From: Nitrospiraceae bacterium
GTDB taxonomy: Bacteria > Nitrospirota > Thermodesulfovibrionia > UBA6902
Direction: 5' to 3'
DNA: 64,000 nucleotides
Assembly (NCBI GenBank): GCA_003599025.1
Contig: QZIL01000083.1
Span: forward strand, 338-64,337
The notes beneath the pieces were generated by a model, which was not told the DNA's origin, did not search any database, and saw only the letters and a list, made by a program, of their open reading frames with translations. The translations under genes were made by a program, and so were the position numbers. Positions 63,997-64,000 of this stretch are shown here, piece after piece (position 1 is the first letter of the stretch; each line of letters starts with the position of its first letter).

Positions 63997-64000
63997 ATCT

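Noticed and set aside
1-64000. Looked for tRNA, rRNA, tmRNA, transposase, integrase or phage genes, CRISPR arrays, and known defence-system genes.
   Set aside because: I recognised none. Intergenic regions contain no T-loop-like GGTTCGAATCC motifs. No ORF has DDE, tyrosine recombinase or serine recombinase motifs. The window is core-genome-like apart from the surface-protein genes and the small repeats.

Overview
This 64 kb window looks like a chromosomal segment from a diderm bacterium. It encodes lpxC and a type II secretion core, and has moderate GC content. Based on the futalosine gene mqnD, TrpB2, sigma-54/HD-GYP signalling and the style of the dispersed repeats, I guess an uncultivated anaerobe of the Nitrospirota or Desulfobacterota type. 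That guess cannot be verified without a database search.

I support about 50 protein genes and found no tRNA, rRNA, CRISPR array, transposase or integrase.

Gene content, left to right:
- 1-12061: a secretion neighbourhood. It holds a 5'-truncated large secreted protein, a lipoprotein, an HExxH metalloprotease with a C-terminal [10 protein letters not shown] anchor, a small Cys-rich two-CW protein, and gspF-gspE-gspD-gspC on the minus strand.
- 12141-25493: housekeeping genes. These are mtnP, tldD, lpxC, a GNAT, ppx/gppA, mqnD, an iscR-tusA-like-nifS-iscU operon, and a greA-pyrK-pyrD-DUF62-GT-like operon.
- 25865-36353: a 382 aa beta-helix-like secreted protein followed by a 3055 aa internally duplicated surface protein (GH51-like, CBM-like, MopE-like, DUF2341 and LamG domains).
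- 36395-44542: a pyrR-pyrB-pyrC-carA-orf-carB operon on the minus strand, with a candidate PyrR-binding leader.
- 44894-53169: HDOD, DUF190-crcB, an M23 peptidase, hisA-hisF, and a PP-loop ATPase / CooC-like / TrpB2 trio.
- 54075-63996: a signalling cluster. It holds an output-less HAMP-PAS sensor coupled to PAS-HD-GYP, a CinA-like protein, a multi-PAS/GAF histidine kinase and a sigma-54 activator.

The most unusual observations are:
- A family of GTCAT(T/A)CC...GGAATGAC palindromic elements that sit mainly in intra-operon spacers.
- In-frame repeat-derived insertions inside hisF, carB and carA.
- A GspD secretin with a roughly 350 aa C-terminal extension (I9-propeptide-like domain, Pro-rich linker, SPOR).
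- Near-identical tracts inside the giant gene that suggest gene conversion.
- A terminal module shared by the two adjacent surface proteins.
- A 17-codon Lys/Ala micro-ORF with its own Shine-Dalgarno (SD) sequence and terminator.

All family assignments rest on motif recognition by eye and on memory of the families. No searches were run.
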